Notes under the pieces: generated by a model
What the model was told of the DNA's origin: nothing
Seen by the model: only the letters and a program-made list of their open reading frames with translations
Databases searched by the model: none
Shown: positions 39,420 to 49,041 of the stretch, in pieces
Position numbering within the stretch: position 1 is the first letter of the stretch
Layout: each line of letters begins with the position of its first letter
Made by a program: the position numbers and the translations under genes
Assembly: GCA_963778115.1 (NCBI GenBank)
Contig: CAVZSV010000005.1
Coordinates: 416,001 to 480,000 of the forward strand
DNA length: 64,000 nt
From: an uncultured delta proteobacterium
Lineage (GTDB): Bacteria; Bdellovibrionota; FAC87; UBA2466
Direction of reading: 5' to 3'

Positions 39420-42368
39420 CTATTCCGCGCTGATGGTATTGAACCAAATATCAATGATTTGGAGTATCGTCGACTTGCCTTGGATCGATCTTGTAAAGGT
39501 CGATCGCTCGCGCGTCTGGTTTCCGTAAGGATCCACTTCACTAACCGCAACATAGTTCAGGTTAATAGAATGAATCCCCATGGAGTCCAGCGAATACAGC
39601 TCGTTGGGATCCACGATGCCGTCGTGATTGGCATCAATCCATAGTTCGACATAGCTCCACGCGGAATCGGCCGGACTAAAGATCCCGTCTCCATTATCAT
39701 CGAGGTCTTTTAGAGCCTCGAATCCGTTGGCGGCGAGCTGGCCGTTCTTTAACACCGTGGCGTTACCGAATAATTGGGCACCACTAGTGATGCTGGAAGC
39801 CCCATTTTTCGCGTTGACCAAGAAGGCGACGTTGTTCGCTGATGGCCAGCCTGTGAGTACCGGAGTTCCCGTATTCATCAGATCGAAGTAAACCCCGTTT
39901 TCAGGACTTGAGAGTTTAAATCCCTGTCCCGTCAGATCGAGGATGAGCGGGCTATATTGCATCTGACAGACGTTGGGATCAGAGTCCTGAGTCAGGTTTC
40001 GTCCGTACCACACGTCAACCGATAGCGACGACGGAACGTGGCTCAGAGTGAAAGTCGGAGACTGGACATCCAAGATGTTGGACGCCAATTCGTCACTGCA
40101 CTTTCCGTTCTGATTCGTGTCGTCGCACACTCTCACGTTGAGCATCATGTTATTCCATGCCGATCCGAACTGAGTTTTCAAAGCGCTGATACTCATGCTG
40201 AACGTCGTGGTCCACTTGTTTAACAAGTTAGCCCCAGACATATCAACACTTTGCACCAGAGTGCTCTTTGAAGGCAGCTGCCCCGGCATCTGATCGGTGT
40301 CCTGAGCTAGATCGATAGGCAATCCAGCCGATGCATAATAGGAGGAGTTCGAATTGGAATTATTTTGATTCGGATTCGAAGCCTCCACCGATAAGATCGG
40401 ATGCTTAGCCTCCTCAAAGAAGACAAATTGAGGATAAGGGATCTGACTTCTCATCGAAGAACAAACCCGTGTAGCACCGATCGTGATTGGGGTTGGTTTG
40501 CTTTGCGACGGACAGCCGCTCGAGTTACCCGAGCAACCGCAAGATCCGCCACCCATTCCACCACCAGATCCTGAAGATCCGCCTCCGTTAGACGCCGTTC
40601 CTCCGCTTCCGGTAGTTCCCGAGGTCCCGCCCGTCGGCTTTCCGCTGCTTCCACCAGCCGTCGTCGTACCGCCACCGGTCGTTCCTGTAGAAGTACCACC
40701 GCCTGTTGTGGTGGCTCCTCCGCCAGTCGTTCCTGTATTGCCACCGTCTCCGGTAGTGCCCGAGCCACCCGCGACCGTTCCACCATCTCCGGTTCCGCCG
40801 CCCGTAGTAGTTCCACCCGTCGGTTTTCCGCTACTTCCACCGGCCGTCGTCGTCCCACCGCCCGTGGTTCCCGTTCCGCCTGAAGTCGTTCCGCCAGCCG
40901 TGGTCGTGCCACCACCAGTAGTTCCCGTACCTCCACTCGTCGTGGTTCCCCCGGTAGATCCCGATCCTGTAGTTCCGCCCGTGGTGCCGGTGGACCCTGT
41001 GGTTCCGGTATGACCACCGTCACCCGTACTTCCTGAACCGGAAGCAATCGTTCCTCCATCACCAGTGCCAGAGGTTCCCGTCGATCCCGTACCGGTAGTC
41101 GTTCCCGTTGTTCCACCCGCCGTCGTAGTCCCGCCGGACGTACCCGTGGAAGATCCTCCCGAGGTGGTTCCGCCGGCCGTCGTCGTACCACCAGTAGTTC
41201 CGCTTCCCGTAGTTCCACCCGTAGTTCCCGAACCCGTCGTGGTTCCACCAGCGGTCGTTGTTCCTCCCGTTGTTCCTACGGTCCCGCCATCACCACCTGT
41301 CGAACCCGTGGTTCCAATAGTTCCGCCATCTCCCACACCACTAGATCCCGTACCCGTCGTAGTTCCTGTTCCCGTCCCGCCCGCTGTCGTGGTGCCACCC
41401 GTGGTCCCGCCCGTCGTGGTTCCCGTACCAGTCGTAGTCCCGCCACCCGTGGTTCCTCCAGCGGATCCTCCCGCAACAGCTCCACCACCCGTGGTAGTTC
41501 CAGAACCCGTGGTTCCGGCCGATCCACCTGAAACCGCTCCTCCCCCGACGGTGCCTCCGTCCCCCCCTGTCGAACCTGTCGTTCCGATAGAGCCACCATC
41601 GCCTACACCACTAGATCCCGTTCCCGACGAAGTTCCTCCTGCGATCGTGGTTCCGCCGCCAGTCGTTCCTCCCGTCGTGGTTCCACCTGTAGATCCCGAT
41701 CCTGTAGTTCCGCCCGCCGATCCTCCAGCGACAGCACCACCGCCCGTCGTTCCAGTTCCGGTTGTTCCGCCAGTGGTTCCACTGCCAGAGCCGCTCGAAA
41801 TAGTTCCGGCTCCGCTACCCACCGTACCCGTATCGCCACCGCTTCCCGATCCGCCCGCCGCGATGGTACCACCGTCGCCAGCACCAGTACTTCCCGTCGA
41901 AGAAGTTCCTCCACCAGAAGTCGTTCCGCTTGAACCCGTGGTGGTCCCACCGGAAGTTCCTCCACTAGAAGTTCCGCCAGAGGATCCTGTCGTGGTTCCC
42001 GTGGTTCCTCCACTACTGGTAGTTCCGCCGGAAGAAGTAGTGCCCGAAGATCCCGTCGTACCGCCGATAGTTCCGCTACCCGTTCCTCCCGCAGGCGGAA
42101 TCGTACCGGTATCGCCACTGGTACCAGTTGTCGTGGGAGGAATGTAACCGCCGTCTCCAGGTGTTGTCGTCGAACCTGAACCCGACGTTGTGTCAGCGGC
42201 CTGACCGGGTGCCGTCTCACCGGCATAGAAGGCGCTCGACGCCAAAACACTTTGCTCACTCTGCTGCTGGGCCGTCGTATTGTTACCGCACGACGACGTC
42301 ACAAACAGACCTACGAGACCGACCATAGCAACTAGAATCCGTCCTTTTGCACTGTATCGGTTCTTCAT
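39420..42368 (-). CDS. Lipoprotein with ~550-aa Gly/Thr/Ser stalk, Cys-containing domain and C-terminal FrpC-like self-processing-module (Ca-binding) domain
   Basis: GGAGG RBS; lipobox VTSS-C; C-terminal SPLILDL.G.G...FDL...TGW...LFGN...NGFEALKDLDDNGDG...LWIDANHDG...EL.SL...GI.SI.L. Confidence 0.85.
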   Translation of the reverse strand: MKNRYSAKGRILVAMVGLVGLFVTSSCGNNTTAQQQSEQSVLASSAFYAGETAPGQAADTTSGSGSTTTPGDGGYIPPTTTGTSGDTGTIPPAGGTGSGTIGGTTGSSGTTSSGGTTSSGGTTGTTTGSSGGTSSGGTSGGTTTGSSGTTSGGGTSSTGSTGAGDGGTIAAGGSGSGGDTGTVGSGAGTISSGSGSGTTGGTTGTGTTGGGAVAGGSAGGTTGSGSTGGTTTGGTTGGGTTIAGGTSSGTGSSGVGDGGSIGTTGSTGGDGGTVGGGAVSGGSAGTTGSGTTTGGGAVAGGSAGGTTGGGTTTGTGTTTGGTTGGTTTAGGTGTGTTTGTGSSGVGDGGTIGTTGSTGGDGGTVGTTGGTTTAGGTTTGSGTTGGTTGSGTTGGTTTAGGTTSGGSSTGTSGGTTTAGGTTGTTTGTGSTGTSGTGDGGTIASGSGSTGDGGHTGTTGSTGTTGGTTGSGSTGGTTTSGGTGTTGGGTTTAGGTTSGGTGTTGGGTTTAGGSSGKPTGGTTTGGGTGDGGTVAGGSGTTGDGGNTGTTGGGATTTGGGTSTGTTGGGTTTAGGSSGKPTGGTSGTTGSGGTASNGGGSSGSGGGMGGGSCGCSGNSSGCPSQSKPTPITIGATRVCSSMRSQIPYPQFVFFEEAKHPILSVEASNPNQNNSNSNSSYYASAGLPIDLAQDTDQMPGQLPSKSTLVQSVDMSGANLLNKWTTTFSMSISALKTQFGSAWNNMMLNVRVCDDTNQNGKCSDELASNILDVQSPTFTLSHVPSSLSVDVWYGRNLTQDSDPNVCQMQYSPLILDLTGQGFKLSSPENGVYFDLMNTGTPVLTGWPSANNVAFLVNAKNGASSITSGAQLFGNATVLKNGQLAANGFEALKDLDDNGDGIFSPADSAWSYVELWIDANHDGIVDPNELYSLDSMGIHSINLNYVAVSEVDPYGNQTRERSTFTRSIQGKSTILQIIDIWFNTISAE

Positions 42369-42681
42369 ATTGAGCCTCCCGTTTTCGATCTAGTGGTTCT
42401 CTTAATAAAGAGAGCCTCGATTCACTTTCATGATACGCGGCGTCAATGTGCGGTTTTATGAAGGTGTTGTGTGCCCTGCGAAATAGTCGACTAGCACCCT
42501 GAATTGCTTTGTGATTTCGAACTATTGAATTATGAGCAACATGCTTTTCACAATTTTAGTCGTTGAAATAACTCACTAATTCACCAAATAACGCATAGTA
42601 CCTCTCTTTGACCTTGACCCACCGTTCCATCTAAAATTGGAGCTGAAGGAATCTTTTACTAGCCAAGACAAGAGGTACGTT

Positions 42682-43071
42682 ATGCGCAAACCGGCGACGA
42701 TAAACTCGAGTGCTCGTTTTAAAACCGTAACCGGACAAAGGTTGCGAGTCTTTGAGCGAGCTTCCATATCGGGAAGTGTAATGATTCACGACGAGGAACA
42801 TCTCTTTGTAGCTCCTCTTAGCAATATAAGTGCTGGCGGAGTTTTCATCGACAAACTCATCTCTATTCCAGCGGGCAAAGTCGTTCGCATCGTCGTGAAG
42901 TCTCCCAAACTGGATAAGCCCGTTCAGGCTAAAGGAACGATCGTACGAGTCGAAAGCGACGAGCGCCGGGGAACCGCCGTGGAATTTACGTCCATTTCAA
43001 GTCAAGCCAGAGAAGTGATTCAGAATTGCGTGTTCGAAACTCGAATGGAGGGGGCGCTAAAGGTTGCCTAA
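42682..43071 (+). CDS. Single-domain PilZ protein (c-di-GMP receptor)
   Basis: RxxxR (RVFER) and NxSxxG (NISAGG) motifs; GAGG RBS before ATG 42682. Confidence 0.85.
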   Translation: MRKPATINSSARFKTVTGQRLRVFERASISGSVMIHDEEHLFVAPLSNISAGGVFIDKLISIPAGKVVRIVVKSPKLDKPVQAKGTIVRVESDERRGTAVEFTSISSQAREVIQNCVFETRMEGALKVA

Positions 43072-43096
43072 GCGTTCCGGGGGTTGAGGGGTGTTT

Positions 43097-46000
43097 ATGA
43101 AAACTCGAATTAGATTTACCATAGTGTCTGCCATTTGCTTGGTCGTTGGCGCCTCGCTTTTCACAGTGAGTGCTTTCGGCGATTCCGCTACTTCAACGCG
43201 CAATCGAATCCGAATTAAAAAGACTAGCCAGCTACAACCTAGCGCCTCACCAGACGACGCGGAACAATACTCCGTCGAGAAGATGGAGCTGCTCAATCAA
43301 AAAAGACGAGCTCTAATTTTGGATATCAAACGATTCCTGCGAGAAGCTCGAGATGCGGAGCAGAAGTCCGAATTAAATCTTCGGTTGGGCGGTCTTTATA
43401 TGGAAGACTACCACGCCAATCTCGCCAAAGCTCAAATCGCTTTTGAAAAGGAATCAGCTAAGCTGCCTAAAGGCGCTAAGAAGAACGTAAAGTTCGACAA
43501 TTCGGAAGCCATGGCATCGCTCGATAAAGCGCGGGCCATCTACAAAGATTTGTTAGGTCGTTATCCCCGCCATCCTCGTCGCGACGAAATGTACTATTTT
43601 TTAGCGGTAGCTTCTTTGGATAAAAGTAAACTGGACGAAGGGATGGCTTACTTTAAAAAGCTCTCTGAGGATACGCCCAATTCGAAATATATGAGTGATT
43701 CGCTAGTTCAACTGGGCGACTACTATTTCGATTCCAACAAATTCCCCCAAGCGGAAGTCTACTTTGACAAAATTATTAATAAAAAGGCGCCCACCCTGGT
43801 ACCTTACGCCACTTACAAAAAGGCGTGGTGTGAATATAACCTCGGCCGTCCATTGGTTGCGCTAAATCTCTTTAAGTGGGTTATTAATAATGACGGAGAA
43901 GAGGGTTCCAATTCCATTCGAATTAAAGGGGAAGCTCTCAAAGACATCACCCTTCCCTTCGTAGATTTGAAATTGGTTAACGATTCGATCGCTTTCTTCC
44001 GCGCCGCTGGGGATCCCTATACCCGCCATGGTATGGAAACGATGGCAGCACTTTACTTTGAAGCCGGCGATTACAAAAACGCCATCGTCATGAATCAAAC
44101 ACTGCTCGCCATGGATCCCAACCATGTGAAAAATCCGAGCTATGATGTCTCCATCATTGAATCTTACAAACTTCAGCACCAAGAAGATCCGGCAATCAAT
44201 CGTTTGTTTACGGTTCTGCCCAACTACATGATCAATTCGAGCTGGTATGAGATTAACTCTTCTAACTCCAAGGCCATTTCTGAGGCGGCCACCGAGTTTG
44301 AAGATCTCGCCTGGAAATACGGTACCGACTACCACGCTCAAGCCCAACGGACCAAAAACGAACAGCTATATAACATGGCAAAAAGTCTTTACGGCAAATA
44401 TCTAGAGTTTTTCCCGCATAGCGTACGCGCCACCAAAGTTCGCTTTGAACTTGCCGAAATTCTCTACAAACAGAGCCAATACATCGCAGCCGCTGACAAC
44501 TACTACGCAGTCTACAAAGATCCTCAAGGGGGCCAGCTAAAGCTTCAGTCGATCCAAAATGGATTAATGTCCTTAGATAGAGAGCTCAATTTAGAGCGTA
44601 AAAAATTAGGATTGGACGAAATCAGTAGCCGAACCAATTCCAAGCTCAAAGACGCCGAAGATGCCAATCTTGCTGTACAAGAGTATTCCGATGTCGAAGT
44701 TAAGTTTCTAAGCATGGCGGAAGAATATCTCTCAGCCTATCCCAATGCCAAAAACGGAGCTGACATTGTGTATGAAAGCGCCTATCTGCAATACCTTCAT
44801 CATGATTTCGCCAAGGCCTACAAGAATTTCTGGAACATCGTAAAGGTCTTCCCCAAACATGAAACAGCCTACACCTCGGCTCACCTTATTTTGGATATCC
44901 TTAATCGCAAAAAGGACTACGACAAAATGATCGAAGCCAGCAAGAAGTTCTTGGATACCCCGGAGCTTTCTCATGCTGATTTCCGCGCGGACATTTCCGA
45001 CATTCTCCGCCATTCTGTCTTGAAAAAGATTCAGGTCATCGAGGATAAGCAAAACTATAAAGAGGCTGCCGAAGCCTATATCGAATATACGAAAGAATAT
45101 GGGCCTGAAGATCTCTCCCTCTTTGAAAAGGCGCTATACAACGCTTCAGTAGACTATACGAAAGCCAACAACTACCCTCGCGCCGTGGATGCCCAAGAGC
45201 AGTTCCTCAGACGTTTTCCGAAAAGCGCTCTACGTGAAAAAATGTTCCTCCAAGTCGCCAAGACTTACGAGCTTTTCGCGAACTTCGATAAAGCGGCCTA
45301 CTACTACGATCAGTTTTCAAGTCTATATCCGTCCAATCCTCAGGCGAAAAATGCCCTCCGCTTGGCCGGTCTCTACTATTGGGGCTCGGGAAATCCTGAG
45401 AAGGCCGAATCTACTATGCTCACCTACTTAGGCAAACATCCCGACGACCGAAAGCTTATCGAGAAAGATATTTTAGATCTCTATGAGTCTGAAGGGGCTA
45501 CGAACAAATTGGTGAACTACTATCTCAAAGCACGCGCGGAACGCGGCTGCCCCGCCTCCGACTATGTAGCCTACAGTCTAAAAATCGCTGAAATCCAGTC
45601 AGCGCGTACCGGAAAAATGCCTACTCAAGTGATGGAAGAAGCTTTGAAAGCTTCTCAACACTTTGCCAAACAGATGACGGAAACACCCAAAGGGGCCGAG
45701 GCTTTGGCGAAACTGCGATTCTGGTACTCGAACCTCAGAGAAAACGCATTCTACGGAATCAAGCTCGAACTGCCGCAACGCCAACTTGAAGTTAACTTGC
45801 AAAGGAAACTTGCGATGCTCAAAGAGATCGAAAAAGACTATGCAAGTGTGGCTTCCCTCGGAGGCGAATGGGGCTTAGGAGCCATGTACAAAACAGCGGT
45901 CGCTTACCATCGATTGGCTTCCGATATTCAGCAGGCTCCGGTACCGCCCGAGCTCTCCGCGGAACAAGTGGATATGTACCGGGAGCAGATCAACAAAGCC

Positions 46001-47146
46001 TTTATCAAGCCTTTCAGCGAAAAGGCGATGTCGATGGCAGCCACTTGTCTGGATCGCGCCCAAGAATTAGGGGTACTCTCCGTCTGGACTCCTCGTTGCT
46101 ATTCGTTGGCTTCCGAGTTGGATAGCAACCGCTATCCCGTGGTGAGAACTTTCTACTTACCGCCTCTAGAACTGGCTTTAATGATCCCCGAAAACAACGA
46201 ATCAAAAATTCAAGTGGGCTCGATTAAACAGTACGCCTATCCTTTCTTCTCCTTCGGCCTGTTCAGTCCGGGAGATTCTCGGTCTGTCGCTAGCCTTGGA
46301 GAAGGTTCGGGTTTCTATTCGGATGGACGTTCCTCTTCGGACGGAGTCCTAGCTGCAATCCCCACGAGCCTTAACTATAAAATTCTTTCCGATGAAAGAA
46401 AGATAATCTTAAATGACGCTCTCAATGCGGCAAAGCCATCCGATACTCATCAAGGATATTCCTTAGCTTATCTGAATCTATTAAGACTCGTAAATCCGAA
46501 CCGGGCTCTTCCTTTAGTGCTCGAAACGTTACAAAAAGACCCTCAAAACGAATCGCTGCACAATTTACTGGGGCTGACTTATTTACAGTTGGGCAACAAT
46601 GCAGCGGCTAAGGTGACTTGGCTATCGATGGTGGCGCAAGGAACCAAAAACGCGTCCTTATGGAATAACCTGGGAGTCTTGGCCTTTATGCAAGGTCGAG
46701 AAGCCGTCGCTCTGGAGTACTTCAACGAAGCGATTGCCATGACGAGCCCGCGAGAGGCCCTGGATAATCTAGGCTTCATTTCGCTGAAGTATCGAAACGG
46801 CTTCGGAGCGAAGAAGCACTTCGAAGAAGCTTTGGCGCTTGAAAAAAGTTCCGTCATCAGCCAAGTCGGTTATGCCACGGCACTTCTGCAAAATCGTGAG
46901 ATGGACGCAGCAAAAGAGCGGTTGGTTGATTTGAGCCGTAAATACAAGACCGATCCTTACGCGCGATTATCTCTGGGTTACTACCTCATCGATGTTGAGA
47001 AGGAGAACGAACTCGCCTCTAAAGTATTAGGTGAATACGTCGATCAACAAGCCCTGGACAACGACATACAGTTCCGGCAGGCCTTACAGGAAGCCAGACA
47101 CCAGAGAGGACAAGGCGAGGAGTTACCGGCAATTGGCGGGCCCTAA
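43097..47146 (+). CDS. Large exported TPR protein, GltD/AgmU (gliding motility)-like, with an extra C-terminal TPR block
   Basis: Signal peptide; many TPRs; L..KL.ML.....Y..V...GEWGLGAMY...PVPPEL..EQ..MY...I.....P..EKA......CL block resembles AgmU-type proteins. Confidence 0.75.
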   Translation: MKTRIRFTIVSAICLVVGASLFTVSAFGDSATSTRNRIRIKKTSQLQPSASPDDAEQYSVEKMELLNQKRRALILDIKRFLREARDAEQKSELNLRLGGLYMEDYHANLAKAQIAFEKESAKLPKGAKKNVKFDNSEAMASLDKARAIYKDLLGRYPRHPRRDEMYYFLAVASLDKSKLDEGMAYFKKLSEDTPNSKYMSDSLVQLGDYYFDSNKFPQAEVYFDKIINKKAPTLVPYATYKKAWCEYNLGRPLVALNLFKWVINNDGEEGSNSIRIKGEALKDITLPFVDLKLVNDSIAFFRAAGDPYTRHGMETMAALYFEAGDYKNAIVMNQTLLAMDPNHVKNPSYDVSIIESYKLQHQEDPAINRLFTVLPNYMINSSWYEINSSNSKAISEAATEFEDLAWKYGTDYHAQAQRTKNEQLYNMAKSLYGKYLEFFPHSVRATKVRFELAEILYKQSQYIAAADNYYAVYKDPQGGQLKLQSIQNGLMSLDRELNLERKKLGLDEISSRTNSKLKDAEDANLAVQEYSDVEVKFLSMAEEYLSAYPNAKNGADIVYESAYLQYLHHDFAKAYKNFWNIVKVFPKHETAYTSAHLILDILNRKKDYDKMIEASKKFLDTPELSHADFRADISDILRHSVLKKIQVIEDKQNYKEAAEAYIEYTKEYGPEDLSLFEKALYNASVDYTKANNYPRAVDAQEQFLRRFPKSALREKMFLQVAKTYELFANFDKAAYYYDQFSSLYPSNPQAKNALRLAGLYYWGSGNPEKAESTMLTYLGKHPDDRKLIEKDILDLYESEGATNKLVNYYLKARAERGCPASDYVAYSLKIAEIQSARTGKMPTQVMEEALKASQHFAKQMTETPKGAEALAKLRFWYSNLRENAFYGIKLELPQRQLEVNLQRKLAMLKEIEKDYASVASLGGEWGLGAMYKTAVAYHRLASDIQQAPVPPELSAEQVDMYREQINKAFIKPFSEKAMSMAATCLDRAQELGVLSVWTPRCYSLASELDSNRYPVVRTFYLPPLELALMIPENNESKIQVGSIKQYAYPFFSFGLFSPGDSRSVASLGEGSGFYSDGRSSSDGVLAAIPTSLNYKILSDERKIILNDALNAAKPSDTHQGYSLAYLNLLRLVNPNRALPLVLETLQKDPQNESLHNLLGLTYLQLGNNAAAKVTWLSMVAQGTKNASLWNNLGVLAFMQGREAVALEYFNEAIAMTSPREALDNLGFISLKYRNGFGAKKHFEEALALEKSSVISQVGYATALLQNREMDAAKERLVDLSRKYKTDPYARLSLGYYLIDVEKENELASKVLGEYVDQQALDNDIQFRQALQEARHQRGQGEELPAIGGP

Positions 47147-47162
47147 ACCTATCCAAAATTCG

Positions 47163-47192
47163 GTCCTTGCGAGTCGAAGGAGCGAAGCAATC
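47163..47192. repeat. Degenerate REP-like half element
   Basis: GTCCTTGCGAGTCGAAGGAGCGAAGCAATC resembles the 36559-36591 half; lies between convergent genes. Confidence 0.4.
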
Positions 47193-47221
47193 CCCCTTGC
47201 CTGAGGGGAGGGGGAACGACT

Positions 47222-47875
47222 TTACGAGCTAAACCTCTTCGGCTTCGCAATCGCGTACCCTCGCTTAGATCGCAGCTCCTCCAAAAAATCCCACAGATAC
47301 TTCGCACCGGAATAAAGCGAAATGACGAGGGCTATGTAGAGGATCCACATCCCAATAAGGTAAGCGCTAGCCCCAAAAACACTCCCGTACCACATCAAAA
47401 ATCCAAGACCAGCCAACTGAAAGGTCAGTTTCAGTTTTCCAAACTTACCGGCAGCTATCATGATCCCCTCACCCGCTGCGATGCCTCGAAGCCCGGTTAT
47501 CATCAGTTCCCGCGAGAGCAATAAGATAACCAACCAAGCTTGTACTCTTCCCAGCTTCATCAACATGATGAGCCCCACCATGAGAAACAGTTTGTCGGCC
47601 AAAGGATCTAAAAATTTTCCGAAGAGCGTTTCGATATTCCAGTGGCGGGCCAACCAGCCATCGAGCAAGTCGGTTATGCCCGCAAAAATCACGACCCCAG
47701 CAGCCAGTCGCCCGGGTGAAAAGCGAAACATAAAATCCGCCGATAATGCCGGCTGCTCGCCATCGAATTCGAGAAGCAGCGCCATGATAGGAATCAGCGC
47801 GATGCGAAATAGCGTCAGGCAGTTCGGCAAATTCAACAGGTTCTCTGTCGATTTCAGTCCTTTTACAAAATTCAT
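47222..47875 (-). CDS. pgsA: CDP-diacylglycerol--glycerol-3-phosphate 3-phosphatidyltransferase
   Basis: NLPNCLTLFRI and TDLLDGWLAR...GKFLDPLADK (CDP-alcohol phosphotransferase motif). Confidence 0.93.
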   Translation of the reverse strand: MNFVKGLKSTENLLNLPNCLTLFRIALIPIMALLLEFDGEQPALSADFMFRFSPGRLAAGVVIFAGITDLLDGWLARHWNIETLFGKFLDPLADKLFLMVGLIMLMKLGRVQAWLVILLLSRELMITGLRGIAAGEGIMIAAGKFGKLKLTFQLAGLGFLMWYGSVFGASAYLIGMWILYIALVISLYSGAKYLWDFLEELRSKRGYAIAKPKRFSS

Positions 47876-47957
47876 GCAAATCCAAGTCTAGTGGGTTGTG
47901 ATGTGGTTTTCGACCTTTTTGTCCGGTCTTTTGGGACGGAGTTCCAAACTCTGTGTA

Positions 47958-47985
47958 TGGTCGTATAAGTTATATTAAGTATCAT
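47958..47985. other. Second, degenerate dif-like site
   Basis: TGGTCGTATAA-GTTATA-TTAAGTATCAT shares GTCGTATAA with the 38764 site; the XerD arm is degenerate. Confidence 0.4.
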
Positions 47986-48045
47986 GAAAAGATAAATCCT
48001 TTCGCAGCTTGGCGGCCCGCGCCAGAGCCCCTTTGATTAGCGCGC

Positions 48046-48432
48046 TTAGTCTTTGGGATAGTCTTTAGCCTGGTGCTTGGCTCGAATGATGGTTTTAATG
48101 TTCCCGCGAACGTTGAAGTCACCCCAAACTTCGATTTTCCAAGGCTCAAGCTCTTTGACTAGGTCCGTCAGGATCTGATTCACGGCGGCTTCGTGAAACA
48201 GGCGCCGATTGCGGTAGGAATTAATATAGAGTTTGAGGGATTTAAGCTCCACACACTTAGTTCTAGGCTCATAAATGATGTGGATCGTGCCGAAATCGGG
48301 AAATCCGCTCTTGGGGCAAAGAGCCGTCCATTCCGGACACGTAAAGTCAATTTCGTAGCGTCTGCCCTGCTCCGGGTTCTCAAAGCTATCCAGTCGGGCG
48401 TCGGCGGTCGGGTCAAATTCGAACTCATTCAT
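48046..48432 (-). CDS. queF: NADPH-dependent preQ0 reductase (short, unimodular QueF)
   Basis: PEWTALCPKSGFPDF, VELKSLKLY, FHE and FNVRGNI motifs. Confidence 0.95.
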   Translation of the reverse strand: MNEFEFDPTADARLDSFENPEQGRRYEIDFTCPEWTALCPKSGFPDFGTIHIIYEPRTKCVELKSLKLYINSYRNRRLFHEAAVNQILTDLVKELEPWKIEVWGDFNVRGNIKTIIRAKHQAKDYPKD

Positions 48433-48522
48433 GTCTGCTTTCTATTACAGGCCCCCCAAAAAGAGCAAGTTTTTCGACGAGACCCCAAGAGCGGAATGCT
48501 TTATAATTTAAATACCTATTCC

Positions 48523-49041
48523 ATGTCACTTCTTCGACCCATTAATGCAGCCTTTGATCTTCTTATCGAAGAATCCTCGCCATCCAAGCTTTCTGGCGGC
48601 ATCGTCTTGGGAATGCTCCTGGGGTTGACCCCTTTTCCGACGCTGCAGTGGTTGTTTTATTTGTGTCTATTTTTCGTCCTGAGCGTGAATCTAGGAACTG
48701 CCATCGCTTCGTATCTCTTTTTCTCCATCGTGGGATTATGTTTAGATCCGCTGTTTCATCCACTGGGGTGGTGGATTCTGACCGGAGTGCCGGCACTTCA
48801 AAAACCGTTCGCGTGGAGTTACCACGCTCTGCTTTTACCCTACACACGTTTCAGCAATACGGTGGTGCTGGGAAGTTTTATCGTTTCGATGGTTCTTTGC
48901 CTTCCGCTCTATTTTATTTCCCAAAGTGTAATTCGCAAGCATGGCCCCAGAATCTGGTACCGCATTAAACAAAGTTTAATTGGCCGAGTGTGGCTAACGT
49001 CGAGTGTCTATCGAAACTATGCGACAAAAAAATCCCAATAA
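48523..49041 (+). CDS. TIGR03546-like membrane protein
   Basis: SPSKLSGGIVLGMLLGLTP...VNLG...DPLFHPLG...TRFSNTVVLGS; the track start at 48193 overlaps queF, so ATG 48523 is preferred. Confidence 0.75.
   Translation: MSLLRPINAAFDLLIEESSPSKLSGGIVLGMLLGLTPFPTLQWLFYLCLFFVLSVNLGTAIASYLFFSIVGLCLDPLFHPLGWWILTGVPALQKPFAWSYHALLLPYTRFSNTVVLGSFIVSMVLCLPLYFISQSVIRKHGPRIWYRIKQSLIGRVWLTSSVYRNYATKKSQ

Noticed and set aside
40483..42147. Pro/Val-rich + strand ORFs (176 and 360 aa)
   Set aside because: Antisense shadows of the Gly/Thr codons of the lipoprotein, which has the RBS, lipobox and real domains.
48433..48522. preQ1 riboswitch upstream of queF
   Set aside because: No matching stem plus A-rich tail seen.
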